Source: an uncultured Alphaproteobacteria bacterium
GTDB lineage: Bacteria > Pseudomonadota > Alphaproteobacteria > Rs-D84
Direction of reading: 5' to 3'
NCBI GenBank assembly: GCA_944390125.1
Contig: CALXOX010000001.1
Span: 385,364-449,363, forward strand
Length of the DNA: 64,000 bases
Both the position numbers and the translations under genes were made by a program. Shown piece by piece: positions 40,512-50,883 of the stretch (its first letter is position 1; each line of letters starts with the position of its first letter). The notes below the pieces were generated by a model, which did not search any database, was not told where the DNA came from, and saw only the letters and a program-made list of their open reading frames with translations.

Positions 40512-41105
40512 ATGAAAAATATCAAAAAAGCATTAAAACACATAAAGGATTTGTTGATAAACCCAAAACGCTATTTTACCAAGATTGTGGCAGACGGTAA
40601 TATGGAAGAGTCTATGCTGAAAGCCTTTATTTATGGCTTGTTGGGGGGGTGCTTAGTACTGTTGCTGCGTTTAATCGGTGGTGCGACAATTACGATTGGT
40701 GCGGTGTTTACTGCATTGATAATTGTCCCTGTTTTGGCAGTTGCATTGCTGTTTGTCTTCGGCGGATTGATGATGTTGGTATCTGAAATCACCGGTGGTG
40801 AGCGTGATTGGGAAATTGCTATAAAGGGATTGGCATCTGTATTCTTTATTTATCCAGTAGTACTGGTATTAAATGCGTTGGCGTTTAATTGCACATCTAT
40901 GTGGATTATAAGTTTGATTGTCGATATTTATGTACTGTTCTTGTTCTATAACATTGCGTTATATTGCATGCGTGGTAAGCGCAGCAATGTAATTGTAGTC
41001 ATATCTATTTTGGCATTGTTCCTGATAACGATATATACAACAGATTACAGAATAGGCTGGTTTATGTTAAAGAATGCCAGTGCTACATTAGCGTGCTTGC
41101 TATAA
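40512..41105 (+). CDS. Yip1-like membrane protein
   Basis: L.NP..YF..I start, about 5 TM segments, GG loop. Confidence 0.65.
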   Translation: MKNIKKALKHIKDLLINPKRYFTKIVADGNMEESMLKAFIYGLLGGCLVLLLRLIGGATITIGAVFTALIIVPVLAVALLFVFGGLMMLVSEITGGERDWEIAIKGLASVFFIYPVVLVLNALAFNCTSMWIISLIVDIYVLFLFYNIALYCMRGKRSNVIVVISILALFLITIYTTDYRIGWFMLKNASATLACLL

Positions 41106-41146
41106 GTCAGCAAGACAAAAATAAACCGCGATTTATTCGCGGTTTT

Positions 41147-41872
41147 TTATTGTATTATATTGCCTGTTTCGGCGTTTATTTTTACTTCGCCAACGGTAAT
41201 TATTTTATTTTTATACGTTGGCGCTGCTTGTTGTTTTACTTCTGTGCGCCAATAAACAGAACCGTCAGAAGTACGGACTGCGTACAAGTAATTGTCTGTC
41301 CCGACGACAAACGCGACCTTATTTGATACAATAAAAGGTACCGCTGTGCCTATTTCTGTACACCATTTCTTTGTTCCAGATATTGCGTCTATGCGGCAAA
41401 AAGCATCACCCAGACCACCGGCATAAACACTGCCGTTGTTTATGACCAATGGCGCGACTATATCAACAATAGATGCACCACCTGTCATATTACTTTTACG
41501 GAATACATCTGCAATCCACATAACCTTACGGCTATTGGGAGCAACTTTTATAACTTCACCTGTTGTTAGGCCAGCGTAAACATAGCCACTTTTGCAAATA
41601 GGTTTTTGATTGCTGGCAACAGAATTATTTGTAGGAAACCCACTAAAGATTTTTCTATCACCATCACGAATTACATTTGATGAATCCTGTGTATACGGGC
41701 AGTTAGAGCTGTCTTCTACAGGAATCGTTTCTGGTAGATTAGGTACATCTGTGTTTAAGATTTTTATGTTTTGTGTATCAAAAATTGGGGTGCGGACACC
41801 AGGTAAAATTGGATCGTGTTCCGCACACCCACACAATGCAAGTAAACAACAAAGTGATGCTATCTTTCGCAT
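41147..41872 (-). CDS. PQQ-like beta-propeller lipoprotein (short BamB-like)
   Basis: LCGC lipobox, ILPG.R, G..KW/G.VYW propeller repeats; follows YfgM-like gene, near der. Confidence 0.75.
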   Translation of the reverse strand: MRKIASLCCLLALCGCAEHDPILPGVRTPIFDTQNIKILNTDVPNLPETIPVEDSSNCPYTQDSSNVIRDGDRKIFSGFPTNNSVASNQKPICKSGYVYAGLTTGEVIKVAPNSRKVMWIADVFRKSNMTGGASIVDIVAPLVINNGSVYAGGLGDAFCRIDAISGTKKWCTEIGTAVPFIVSNKVAFVVGTDNYLYAVRTSDGSVYWRTEVKQQAAPTYKNKIITVGEVKINAETGNIIQ

Positions 41873-41891
41873 AGTCTTTCTTTTTTGTTTT

Positions 41892-42542
41892 TTATCTTAA
41901 AGTTTGTGCATCTGCAGAAATTGCGGCAGGGGCATCAGAATCATTGATGATAACGTCCAACCATTTGTTGGCTGCATCACGATTACCTTCTGCTAAGTAC
42001 TTTCTGGCAACAGTTATACGCCCTGTATAATAGTATGGCGATTTTTTAGTGTTTAAAGGTTCTAAGTACTTTTCAACCTCGATTGCGGTCATTTCATCAC
42101 CACGTAATCCGACAATGTGCAAACGCGCCAAATCACGAAAATCTCTTGTATCACCATCGTTTGCCAACTTTTCTAACTTTTCTATATCATTATCCAATAC
42201 GTAGGCCTGAAACAATGCTAAATCAGCCGTTGCACCACTGGCGTTTTCCGCAACAGATACCAACATATTTGAATCTAATTTTTGTACTGCTAACTCATAA
42301 TTTTCTGCGATGGCTAACTTGTGAGCACGATATGTTCGCACACCGATAACAGCGACTGTTGCGATAATCATTATAGCCAAAGCACCAGCAACGATATAGC
42401 GGTAATATTTCTTAATGAAAGCCTGCGTTTTTTCGTTGTTGACTTCTTCCCATACTTCGCGATACAGCGCGTCTTCAGCGTATTCTTCGCGAGTTTTTTT
42501 TGCTGGTTTTAATTTCTTATTTCTTTCCAATATGGATGCCAT
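41892..42542 (-). CDS. YfgM-like membrane-anchored TPR-like protein
   Basis: D.LYREV.EE, single TM, helical domain; yfgM-bamB-der synteny. Confidence 0.75.
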   Translation of the reverse strand: MASILERNKKLKPAKKTREEYAEDALYREVWEEVNNEKTQAFIKKYYRYIVAGALAIMIIATVAVIGVRTYRAHKLAIAENYELAVQKLDSNMLVSVAENASGATADLALFQAYVLDNDIEKLEKLANDGDTRDFRDLARLHIVGLRGDEMTAIEVEKYLEPLNTKKSPYYYTGRITVARKYLAEGNRDAANKWLDVIINDSDAPAAISADAQTLR

Positions 42543-42606
42543 TTGAACTTTCTCCTGTATTATGGTGGCTTGATAATTCTTATTTTATTGCTATACTATA
42601 AAAGTT

Positions 42607-43518
42607 ATGAAAAAGCAAATCAAGAACGCTTTACCGGCAGTACAAAATCAAAGTCTGGTTGCCGCTCGTGGTGTAAACGACGAAACCAGCTTGGCGCAGT
42701 ATATTCAAAATATACAAAAGTTCCCAATTTTGTCTGCCGAAGAAGAATACGAATACGCAACAAAATGGGTAAAAGACCAAGATAAAGAGGCCGCAGAAAA
42801 ACTTGTGGCCAGCCATTTGCGTATGGTTGTATCTGTTGCGTACGATTTTCGTAACTATGGTGTACCATTTGCGGAATTGATTGCTAGTGGCAATATGGGG
42901 CTGATGCAGGCACTACAGAAATTTGACCCAGAAAAAGGTTTCAGATTTTCTACTTATGCGATGTTCTGGATAAAGGCAGAAATATATGAAACTATTTTGA
43001 ATAATTGGTCTATTGTAAAAATTGGGACGTCTGCCAACCAGAAACGCGTTTTCTTCAACTTAAATAGGGCAAAACGTGCGTTGGGAATAATGGATGGTAA
43101 TTTATCTGATGACCAGACAAAACAGATTGCAGATTACCTGAATGTTCCAGAAAACGATGTTAAACGTATGTCAACTCGCTTGTCAGCGCGTGATGTGTCT
43201 TTGAATTCACCGGCGCATTCCGATGATGATGCGCGTGATGTTTTATCAAATATGCCAGATGAGAAGGGTAGCGTTGAAGAAGATTTAGAACAGTTGGAAT
43301 TCCGTCGTCGTGGTTATGATTTACTGCGTAAGAATCTGGAAAAGTTACCAGAAAGGGATCGTGAAATATTACGCGCCCGCCGCTTGTCTGACCCCGTTGC
43401 AACGTTAGAATCTTTGTCTCAGAAATATGGAATTTCGCGTGAACGAGTACGTCAAATAGAAGAACGTGCATATAACAAATTGCGCGATGCGATATTGAAA
43501 GAAGCTCAGGAATCTTAA
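42607..43518 (+). CDS. rpoH: RNA polymerase sigma-32 factor RpoH
   Basis: GNMGLMQA..KFDP..GFRFSTYA.FWI; RpoH box QKRVFFNL; SRERVRQIE. Confidence 0.93.
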   Translation: MKKQIKNALPAVQNQSLVAARGVNDETSLAQYIQNIQKFPILSAEEEYEYATKWVKDQDKEAAEKLVASHLRMVVSVAYDFRNYGVPFAELIASGNMGLMQALQKFDPEKGFRFSTYAMFWIKAEIYETILNNWSIVKIGTSANQKRVFFNLNRAKRALGIMDGNLSDDQTKQIADYLNVPENDVKRMSTRLSARDVSLNSPAHSDDDARDVLSNMPDEKGSVEEDLEQLEFRRRGYDLLRKNLEKLPERDREILRARRLSDPVATLESLSQKYGISRERVRQIEERAYNKLRDAILKEAQES

Positions 43519-43520
43519 GA

Positions 43521-44543
43521 ATGAAAATATCAATACCAGCAATTTTAGTGTTTTTTACAAGTGTAATTTCAACTGCTGCCAATGCATTAGAGTACGATAA
43601 CGGGCGTTTAGGCTTAAAGTTAAATGGTTACGGTACCGCGGGTGTTTTAGAACCAGACTTTGAAACGCCTGATTTTATTGGTGATTGGCGCGTACGTGGC
43701 GAGGCGAATTACCTGATTACAGATGATAATACATTGGGACTGGTGTATGCGATTGACGCTGCCGCAGTTGATGAAGATAAGTTTATGCGCGAAGCATTCA
43801 CATATTGGCAAAATCGTAATTATGGTCGTGTAGAGTTAGGTTTTACAGATTCTATTGCACGTAAATTGGGTGTAGGGTTACCAGACGTTGGTGGTTTGCG
43901 TGTGAATGATAAACCATTGTTTTACAAAAAGATTACGCCATCGGGACCTGTAATTTCTGATACAACGCTTACAACGGGTCGCAGTGCGTTGCGTGCGAAT
44001 TTTGCAACTATGCCAATAGGTAAGGCGCAATATGGTTTGTCTGTATCTGGCATAACTGATGACTATGATTACGCGGTTGATGCAGCATTAAAGATACGTC
44101 AGCCATCTGGTAAGGTAAAAATGGCATATGCGTTGGGGGCTTCGTTTATGTCAAAACCGGATGGATATCGTACAGATGCATATACGCCCCGTGTTTATGC
44201 AGATTGGCGTGCACAAGTTTCTGGTGGTATGAATTTACAGTATAACAGTTGGATGTGGGGCGTAACAGCACGTTTGATTTACGATGAAAATCCAATTGGG
44301 CCGGTATCTGATGGGTTAGCGCTAGGTACGGGTGTAAGTTATGACATTTTGAATTATAGTGTATCTTTGACATATATTTTCTCGGATACCGGCATTTGGA
44401 ATCATGACGTTAAAGATTATATGGACCATACGGCAATTGCTTCGTTTAGGTATAAATACAGTGAAAACGTAGATGGTTGGATGTCGTTGGGTATAACGAC
44501 AGATACACCGTTCTTGGCTGTTGGTATGAGATTGACGTTCTAA
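43521..44543 (+). CDS. Outer membrane porin
   Basis: Signal peptide, YGRVELG, amphipathic beta strands, terminal Phe. Confidence 0.8.
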   Translation: MKISIPAILVFFTSVISTAANALEYDNGRLGLKLNGYGTAGVLEPDFETPDFIGDWRVRGEANYLITDDNTLGLVYAIDAAAVDEDKFMREAFTYWQNRNYGRVELGFTDSIARKLGVGLPDVGGLRVNDKPLFYKKITPSGPVISDTTLTTGRSALRANFATMPIGKAQYGLSVSGITDDYDYAVDAALKIRQPSGKVKMAYALGASFMSKPDGYRTDAYTPRVYADWRAQVSGGMNLQYNSWMWGVTARLIYDENPIGPVSDGLALGTGVSYDILNYSVSLTYIFSDTGIWNHDVKDYMDHTAIASFRYKYSENVDGWMSLGITTDTPFLAVGMRLTF

Positions 44544-44576
44544 AAAATAACACCAGAAGTTCTGGTGTTATTTTTT
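44542..44576. terminator. Bidirectional terminator
   Basis: AAAAAATAACACCAGA-AGT-TCTGGTGTTATTTTTT. Confidence 0.88.
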
Positions 44577-46790
44577 TATTGGTTCCAATTCTTTTGTTTC
44601 TTTGGTTTGTGGAATATAAATACGAGGATTACCCGAATAACCAAGAGCCGCATGATGCGATGGTATCAAGAACTCTGGCAGCGGACTACACGCACCCATC
44701 GCCATATAGCTTGCCAGGCGAGAGTCCGCAAAAGCCATTTGTTTATCGGCCTCAATTGGACGATGATACCAACCTTGGAATATTACCAGCTGTTTCTTGT
44801 CGTCTAACTTCATAATGTCCATAGGTGAGTACAACAGTTCTTCACTTTTTTCTTCTTTTTCTTTACCGTCAGCGCCTTTAACAGATTTAATCTTTATCTT
44901 GTATCCCATCATATCAGAGAAACGTTTGGCTGTATCTGGGTCGTTTTGACGTAGTACCACCTTTGCTGCAGTCGTGGATATAATGGTTGCTGCTGCATCT
45001 GCACCATATTTTTCTTGAATCTGATGTAAGTCTTGACCGATAATCAAGTAAGATACTTTTTGCCCACGGCCAAGGTCTGGCCCCTGGATAACGGCCTGCA
45101 ACTTCTGCATTTTTGGCATTTCATCTAATACAAACAGTACTGGGTAAGGGCCCAGTTTTTCACCGTTATTTTCTTGCTCTGGGGCATTTGCCAGCAAGAA
45201 ATTAGTCATCAATTCAATAAATATACCGGTAATTGGGTTTAAAGCTTCTGCGTCAACCATATTTATAGACAGGTAAACAGTAACAGGTTTTATCTTCCCG
45301 TCACTTGGGTCACGAAGCCCACGCAGGTCGGAAAAGTGGAAATCGGAATGGCTTGTACGATTACGAACGGCGGCGTTACGGAATATTGATAACCCCGCCA
45401 TAATTGTCGATATAATAGAACCACGTTCTTTATCTGGTGTGTTTGCCAATTGTGTCAATTCCAATACTGCACGGTGGGCGTACGCATATCTACGTGCTTC
45501 TTCAACTGCGTCCATGAATAAATCGTGCATAGGGTCCGCCATCATTACCATTTGGTCACCCTGACGACGGCGCTCTTCTAGTTGCTGAGCCATGTTTATC
45601 TGACTCGCATTTATCCAATCTAGAATCATAGACAATGATGCTTCACGTCCTTTCCAAGCATCTGGAATATTCGCCCACGTGCCGATATGAACATAATTCA
45701 TGGCATTCAATTCGCCATTTTGTAGTAAAGAATACGCAGCGTACGCATTAGGATCATTCATCATTGAAAGATAGTAATCACCCAATACGGCGGCATCTTC
45801 AGCGTCAAAAGCACCAGATGTTATACGCGCATAGAAATAGTCATCTGCCTTTGCGCGTTCTACTTTGGATATCATAAACTGTATAAGACCAGACAGACCG
45901 GCACGACCAGAAATTGTCCAGTGTGGGTCCGCAGAAGAAGACGTTTTGTCCGCAACCAAAACATTACATATAGAATCAACATACAGGTCACGCTGTTCCT
46001 GATTAAATGGTACGTGCTCTGGCGATAATGGGTTCCAAGAAGGGTAATAAATACCACGCTCTGGGTCATCTTGCCCCGCCCAGTTCATAATGAATACTGG
46101 CCCAACTGTTGAACGATATGCAGAAGATGACTGATATAGTTCGGGTTTAGGGTCATTTATAATCATTGAAACGTTGTTGCATTCCAAAATTGTTGGCAAA
46201 ACGACGCCCTGAGTTTTACCGGTCCCCGGAGGGGCAACACACAACGTTGACAGACATTCGTTCATCATTAAAGGCTTTTTCTTAAAGTAGCCCAATACCA
46301 TCATAAAGCCCTTTAAAAGTCCCATTTTTTCTATGTCTTCTTTAGAGGCCTTATTGGATGATTTGTCATCAAATTTATCATTACCGTACGGGTTAAATTC
46401 TTTTACCAACGTCGCATCAGCCATAAAGAAGTACGCAATTATTGGCAATAATGGGGTGATGCAGGCGATATCTGTGCGCAACAAAGTGCGAACAAACCAG
46501 GCAGGAACTTCTGCAAGTACTGACATACCTCCGCTGGTCAGTACGTTATAGAAGTATAGACTGGTCCATTTGGCAGTAGCCGGTGACCAGCCATAGCGCC
46601 AAATGTGTTCAATCCAGAAAGAAAGTCCGAAAGCCAATGCGCAAACCAACCATATGCCAACTGCCCAACGCAGTGACCAGAACAAAGATGCCATAGGAGT
46701 GCGCAAACTTTCTTTATATGCGCTGGACTTGAATATATTCAATCCCTTAGACTTACCGCCGGCTGATAAAATCTTGAACTTTTCGACCAT
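44568..46790 (-). CDS. virD4: Type IV secretion coupling protein (VirD4/TraG family)
   Basis: N-terminal TMs, APPGTGKT.G.V.P Walker A, DPKPE, WNPL, SDF...DLR, LDEMP Walker B, Q...QI..KYG, ND..TA..FS. Confidence 0.88.
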   Translation of the reverse strand: MVEKFKILSAGGKSKGLNIFKSSAYKESLRTPMASLFWSLRWAVGIWLVCALAFGLSFWIEHIWRYGWSPATAKWTSLYFYNVLTSGGMSVLAEVPAWFVRTLLRTDIACITPLLPIIAYFFMADATLVKEFNPYGNDKFDDKSSNKASKEDIEKMGLLKGFMMVLGYFKKKPLMMNECLSTLCVAPPGTGKTQGVVLPTILECNNVSMIINDPKPELYQSSSAYRSTVGPVFIMNWAGQDDPERGIYYPSWNPLSPEHVPFNQEQRDLYVDSICNVLVADKTSSSADPHWTISGRAGLSGLIQFMISKVERAKADDYFYARITSGAFDAEDAAVLGDYYLSMMNDPNAYAAYSLLQNGELNAMNYVHIGTWANIPDAWKGREASLSMILDWINASQINMAQQLEERRRQGDQMVMMADPMHDLFMDAVEEARRYAYAHRAVLELTQLANTPDKERGSIISTIMAGLSIFRNAAVRNRTSHSDFHFSDLRGLRDPSDGKIKPVTVYLSINMVDAEALNPITGIFIELMTNFLLANAPEQENNGEKLGPYPVLFVLDEMPKMQKLQAVIQGPDLGRGQKVSYLIIGQDLHQIQEKYGADAAATIISTTAAKVVLRQNDPDTAKRFSDMMGYKIKIKSVKGADGKEKEEKSEELLYSPMDIMKLDDKKQLVIFQGWYHRPIEADKQMAFADSRLASYMAMGACSPLPEFLIPSHHAALGYSGNPRIYIPQTKETKELEPIKK

Positions 46791-46847
46791 TGTGTTATGA
46801 TTATATCAGAATTTTAAGATATTATAAATCAGAATTAAAAAAAGTTT

Positions 46848-47504
46848 ATGAAAAACGTCCCACGTATTTATCTTGGTGAAAATATATCAGCAGGAATGAA
46901 TTTTCCTGTTGCTCGTGATGTTGCACATTATTTGTCGCATGTAATGCGCAGACGGGATTTCTTGGCGTTCGGGGCAGGGAAAGAGTTTGTTGCAACACTG
47001 TCAGAAGATGGAAAGTTCGTTGCTATAGGTGAACAAACTGAGCACAAAGATCCTGCAAATGATATCACGTTGATGTTTGCGCCTATAAAACGCACAGATG
47101 ATTTGCTGAATATGGCGACTCAATTGGGGGTAAAGACTTTTCAGCCAGTTATTACTGAACGTACGGTTGCTAATCATATAAATTGGGAGCGCATGCGGAA
47201 AATAGTTACAGAGGCATCAGAACAATCTAATCGTAATAGCGTTCCAGAAATTTTACCAGAAAAGCTGTTTGGTGACATTGATTTAACGGGACTTGTTTTT
47301 GCGGATGAGCGCGCAGCATATGGTTTAAAGTTGCCGACAAATGCGAAAACATCAAAGACAGTTTTTGTTGGACCAGAGGGCGGTTTTTCGGATAAAGAGT
47401 TTTCTGCGTTTGATTCAGCAGGTGCCATTGGTATAGGTTTAGGAAAAACGATATTGCGTGCAGAATTAGCTGCAGCGATTGCAATTAGTCGGATTGTATT
47501 ATGA
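46848..47504 (+). CDS. rsmE: 16S rRNA m3U1498 methyltransferase RsmE
   Basis: HYL.HVMR, ATQLGV, EASEQS.R, VGPEGGFS, LG..ILRAE. Confidence 0.95.
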   Translation: MKNVPRIYLGENISAGMNFPVARDVAHYLSHVMRRRDFLAFGAGKEFVATLSEDGKFVAIGEQTEHKDPANDITLMFAPIKRTDDLLNMATQLGVKTFQPVITERTVANHINWERMRKIVTEASEQSNRNSVPEILPEKLFGDIDLTGLVFADERAAYGLKLPTNAKTSKTVFVGPEGGFSDKEFSAFDSAGAIGIGLGKTILRAELAAAIAISRIVL

Positions 47505-48199
47505 GTGTTCGCATAGCAAAATTTATTGCAGATAGTGGTGCTTCATCACGACGTGGTGCGGAAGATTTAATTGCACAGGGTCGTGTTAAAGTAAATGGTA
47601 TTGTGATTGATACACCAGTTGTATTTGTAGAAGACACAGATACTGTTTCTATTGATGATAATATTATAAGTGTTCGCAAGGAAACAGAGTTATACGCTTT
47701 TCATAAACCTGTAAATACCATGACTACGGCGCATGACCCCATGGGGCGTCGTACGATATATGATTGTTTGCCAAAAGAATATAAGAAATTAAAATATGTT
47801 GGGCGTTTAGATTTTAAAACGACCGGTTTATTGTTGCTGACAAATGACGGAGAATTGGCGCGCCGTTTAACATTGCCTTCATCACATATACCACGAGAAT
47901 ATATTGCAACTGTTGCGAGAATAGATGAGGATGGCTTAAATCGTGCGCGTAATGGAATAACAGTTGATGGTGTTAGATACAGACCAATGGATATTGAAGT
48001 TGTTTCTGATAAGGAATTGCGTGTTCGTGTAACAGAGGGTAAGAAAAACGAAGTTCGTATAGTTTTGCGTGCGTGCGGATGTCCGGTGATGAAATTGCAC
48101 AGGGTTTCTTTTGGCCCAATTAAATTGGGAAATTTATCTGTTGGTAAAATTCAGAAAATAGAACAGAAAACAATTGACGCGTTGTTAAAAACTCTCTAA
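47501..48199 (+). CDS. rRNA pseudouridine synthase, RsuA/RluB family
   Basis: S4 domain (SRR.AE.LI..GRV), HKP, VGRLD..T.GLLLLTNDG, EGKKNEVR. Confidence 0.93.
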   Translation: MSVRIAKFIADSGASSRRGAEDLIAQGRVKVNGIVIDTPVVFVEDTDTVSIDDNIISVRKETELYAFHKPVNTMTTAHDPMGRRTIYDCLPKEYKKLKYVGRLDFKTTGLLLLTNDGELARRLTLPSSHIPREYIATVARIDEDGLNRARNGITVDGVRYRPMDIEVVSDKELRVRVTEGKKNEVRIVLRACGCPVMKLHRVSFGPIKLGNLSVGKIQKIEQKTIDALLKTL

Positions 48200-48229
48200 A
48201 ATCCTGATAAAGGAAGAGGGAGTTTTATT

Positions 48230-49225
48230 ATGAAAAAAAACACTGCCAATAAGAATCAGACGACTAAGAAAAACACGAAGGCCGCGATAAAACCGGCTTT
48301 GAAAAGTGTTGAAACAAAACGCACAGTAAATCCTTGGTCTTTATCAATTTATGTTTATTGGTTTATAATTTTGTTCTTTATTGCAGCAACATTTTATATT
48401 TTAGGGCGCAGTCATGGCACATGTACGGATATGAGTGGTAATGCCAATAATGTAGAAATTACAGAAGAAGCTTTATTGCAAGCATCCGACTATTACCAGA
48501 GTGCCAAGGAAAAATTGGTTGCAGGGAATGTGGCAGATGCAATTGCAGATTTGACTACGGCTATTGAGGCAGGAAACGCAACAGCAGAAATGTATATTTT
48601 GCGTGGAGAAGCCTATATGCAGACAGCAGAATATCGTAAAGCGTTGGCAGATTTTAATAGTGCCATTGAAATGGACCAAGTGAATGCAATTGCTTATTAT
48701 GACAGAGCATTGCTAAATATTCGTTTGGAAGATTATAACACAGCACTATCAGATATAAATAATGCGCTGGCATCTCAGACTGCAAATCCAACATCTGTTT
48801 TGCAGATGCGTGATTTGTATGCAAAGCGTGGTCAGTTGAATTTGTGGTTAAAGAACTGGGAAGGTGCAATTGCTGACTATACTAATTCTTTGGCACGTCC
48901 AGACGGTGTTGTAAATCCAACTGTTTATGCAGAACGTGCAGAAGCCTATACTCAGTTGGGTAATTATGCTGACGCAATCAACGACTATGCGTCTGCGATT
49001 CGTGTAATTTCCGAACAGATTCAGGGCGCTACAAGTGCTGCAGAACGTGAAAACTTATCAAGCAATGCAATGGGCTATTTTGAAAAGTCTGCAGCATTGA
49101 ATTTGGCGACAGGTAACGTTGATGCAGCACGTAGTGATTTGAATTCTGCTTATACAATTGCTGTCGCTTTAACAGATAGTGCAAGTATGGAAAGAATTCA
49201 AAACTTGATATCAGAATTGCAGTAA
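48230..49225 (+). CDS. Membrane-anchored TPR protein
   Basis: Basic N-terminus, one TM, repeated A..D...AI TPR units. Confidence 0.85.
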   Translation: MKKNTANKNQTTKKNTKAAIKPALKSVETKRTVNPWSLSIYVYWFIILFFIAATFYILGRSHGTCTDMSGNANNVEITEEALLQASDYYQSAKEKLVAGNVADAIADLTTAIEAGNATAEMYILRGEAYMQTAEYRKALADFNSAIEMDQVNAIAYYDRALLNIRLEDYNTALSDINNALASQTANPTSVLQMRDLYAKRGQLNLWLKNWEGAIADYTNSLARPDGVVNPTVYAERAEAYTQLGNYADAINDYASAIRVISEQIQGATSAAERENLSSNAMGYFEKSAALNLATGNVDAARSDLNSAYTIAVALTDSASMERIQNLISELQ

Positions 49226-49240
49226 GTAAATTATACGTAA

Positions 49241-49268
49241 TAAAAATCCCGCAATTGCGGGATTTTTA
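49241..49268. terminator. Bidirectional terminator
   Basis: TAAAAATCCCGC-AATT-GCGGGATTTTTA. Confidence 0.85.
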
Positions 49269-49286
49269 TTTTAAAATTTAATTTTT

Positions 49287-49727
49287 TTACTGCAAAGTAG
49301 CGTTGTCAATGATTGCGGTAAATGTTGCTTCAGAGACTTTTTTGCCGCTAACCATTGCAATACCATGAAATTTATACAGGCGCATTTTAGACATAACCAA
49401 TTCGACGTGCAATTCCAACACATCTCCTGGTTTTACCATATGTGAAAACTTGATTTTTTCCATTGTGGTAAAATAACCTAATGTTTTGCCATCAGAAACA
49501 CCCATTTGAGACAAAGCGATAAAACACGCTGTTTGTGCCAATGCTTCAACAATTAAAACGCCTGGCATAATAGGGTTGCCTGGGAAATGTCCTGTGCACC
49601 AAAATTCATCGTCACGTACATATTTAATGCCTACGCCGCTGGTTTCATTAAATTCACGAATTTCATCAACCAGGCGCATTGCACCACGATGTGGAATTAC
49701 CTTCTCTATACCTTTTGCATCAATCAT
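49287..49727 (-). CDS. fabZ: 3-hydroxyacyl-ACP dehydratase FabZ
   Basis: PHR..M.LVD, GHFPGNPIMPGVLIVEALAQ, VKPGD.L. Confidence 0.96.
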   Translation of the reverse strand: MIDAKGIEKVIPHRGAMRLVDEIREFNETSGVGIKYVRDDEFWCTGHFPGNPIMPGVLIVEALAQTACFIALSQMGVSDGKTLGYFTTMEKIKFSHMVKPGDVLELHVELVMSKMRLYKFHGIAMVSGKKVSEATFTAIIDNATLQ

Positions 49728-49747
49728 TTATATCTCTCCTAGTTTTA

Positions 49748-50791
49748 TTAGTTTTTTGCGTTCTTGCGTAACCATGCATAATGACGCATAAATTCTGTTC
49801 CTGGACCGGCTGGATACCCCATATGGCGTTGTCCATCTGGTACATTTCTGAAAACGCCACTATGCGCACCGACTTCTGCGTCATTACCAATGTGAACGCC
49901 GTTTGCGATACCTACTTGACCTGCTAATAAAGCGCGGTCACCGACTACTGAACCACCTGCCAAACCAACGCCAGATGCCAAGAAACATTCAGAGCCAATA
50001 ACAACACCATGTGCAATTTGACACAGGTTGTCTATCTTTGTCCCATCTCCGACACGAGTATCTGTCATCGCGCCGCGGTCAATGCACGTGTTTGCACCAA
50101 CAGATACACGATTACCAATTACAACACGACCAACATGTGGAATAAACACATTATGCCCGTTTTGACGCGTATATCCAAAACCATCTTTTCCGATAACTGC
50201 ACCAGCATTTATCACACAATCTTCGCCAATTGTGGCATTTTCAATGTGTGCACCTGTTTGAATTATTGTGCCGCGACCAATTGTCACATTGCGGCCTATA
50301 TAAGCACTCGGATAAATTTTTACATCAGGTTCTATCACTGCACCGCGTTCAATTGTTGCATATTGACCAACATAGACAGTACTGCGTTTGCGGAAAAATA
50401 CACCACGTTCAACCGTTGCACGTTTGCTTATTCCAAAGCGTGGTGGTTCGCGGTATATTTCACCAAGAATCTTTACAATATTCCCACGTGGTGTTTCTGT
50501 AATTAAAAGAGTTGCACCAACAGGGGCGTTTTCTACCTGCTCAGGCTGAATCAGAATCACACTAGCACGAGTGTTTTTCAAAACTTCGATTGGCAGTATT
50601 TTGAAAGCAGAACTATTTTGTTCTGTTGAATAAAAAGCCAATTGCCCTGGGCGAGCATCTGCGATAGGTGCGACACCACGAATAACGGTGTCAGGATTGC
50701 CCTGTAATTCCAGACCGAATTTTTCGGCCAACTGACCGGCTGTTGTTTGTGTGGCCGCCGGTAAAAACCAAGATCTAATTTTGTCTAACAT
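49748..50791 (-). CDS. lpxD: UDP-3-O-acylglucosamine N-acyltransferase LpxD
   Basis: Hexapeptide repeats, DGFGY, GANTCIDRG, KIDNLCQIAH. Confidence 0.96.
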   Translation of the reverse strand: MLDKIRSWFLPAATQTTAGQLAEKFGLELQGNPDTVIRGVAPIADARPGQLAFYSTEQNSSAFKILPIEVLKNTRASVILIQPEQVENAPVGATLLITETPRGNIVKILGEIYREPPRFGISKRATVERGVFFRKRSTVYVGQYATIERGAVIEPDVKIYPSAYIGRNVTIGRGTIIQTGAHIENATIGEDCVINAGAVIGKDGFGYTRQNGHNVFIPHVGRVVIGNRVSVGANTCIDRGAMTDTRVGDGTKIDNLCQIAHGVVIGSECFLASGVGLAGGSVVGDRALLAGQVGIANGVHIGNDAEVGAHSGVFRNVPDGQRHMGYPAGPGTEFMRHYAWLRKNAKN

Positions 50792-50883
50792 ACCGCGATT
50801 ATACCCGTTTAATTTCAAAATGAAAGTAAATATTAGTTAAAAAAAGCACCGCCAACTGGCGGTGTTTTTTTAGTTATTGTTTC

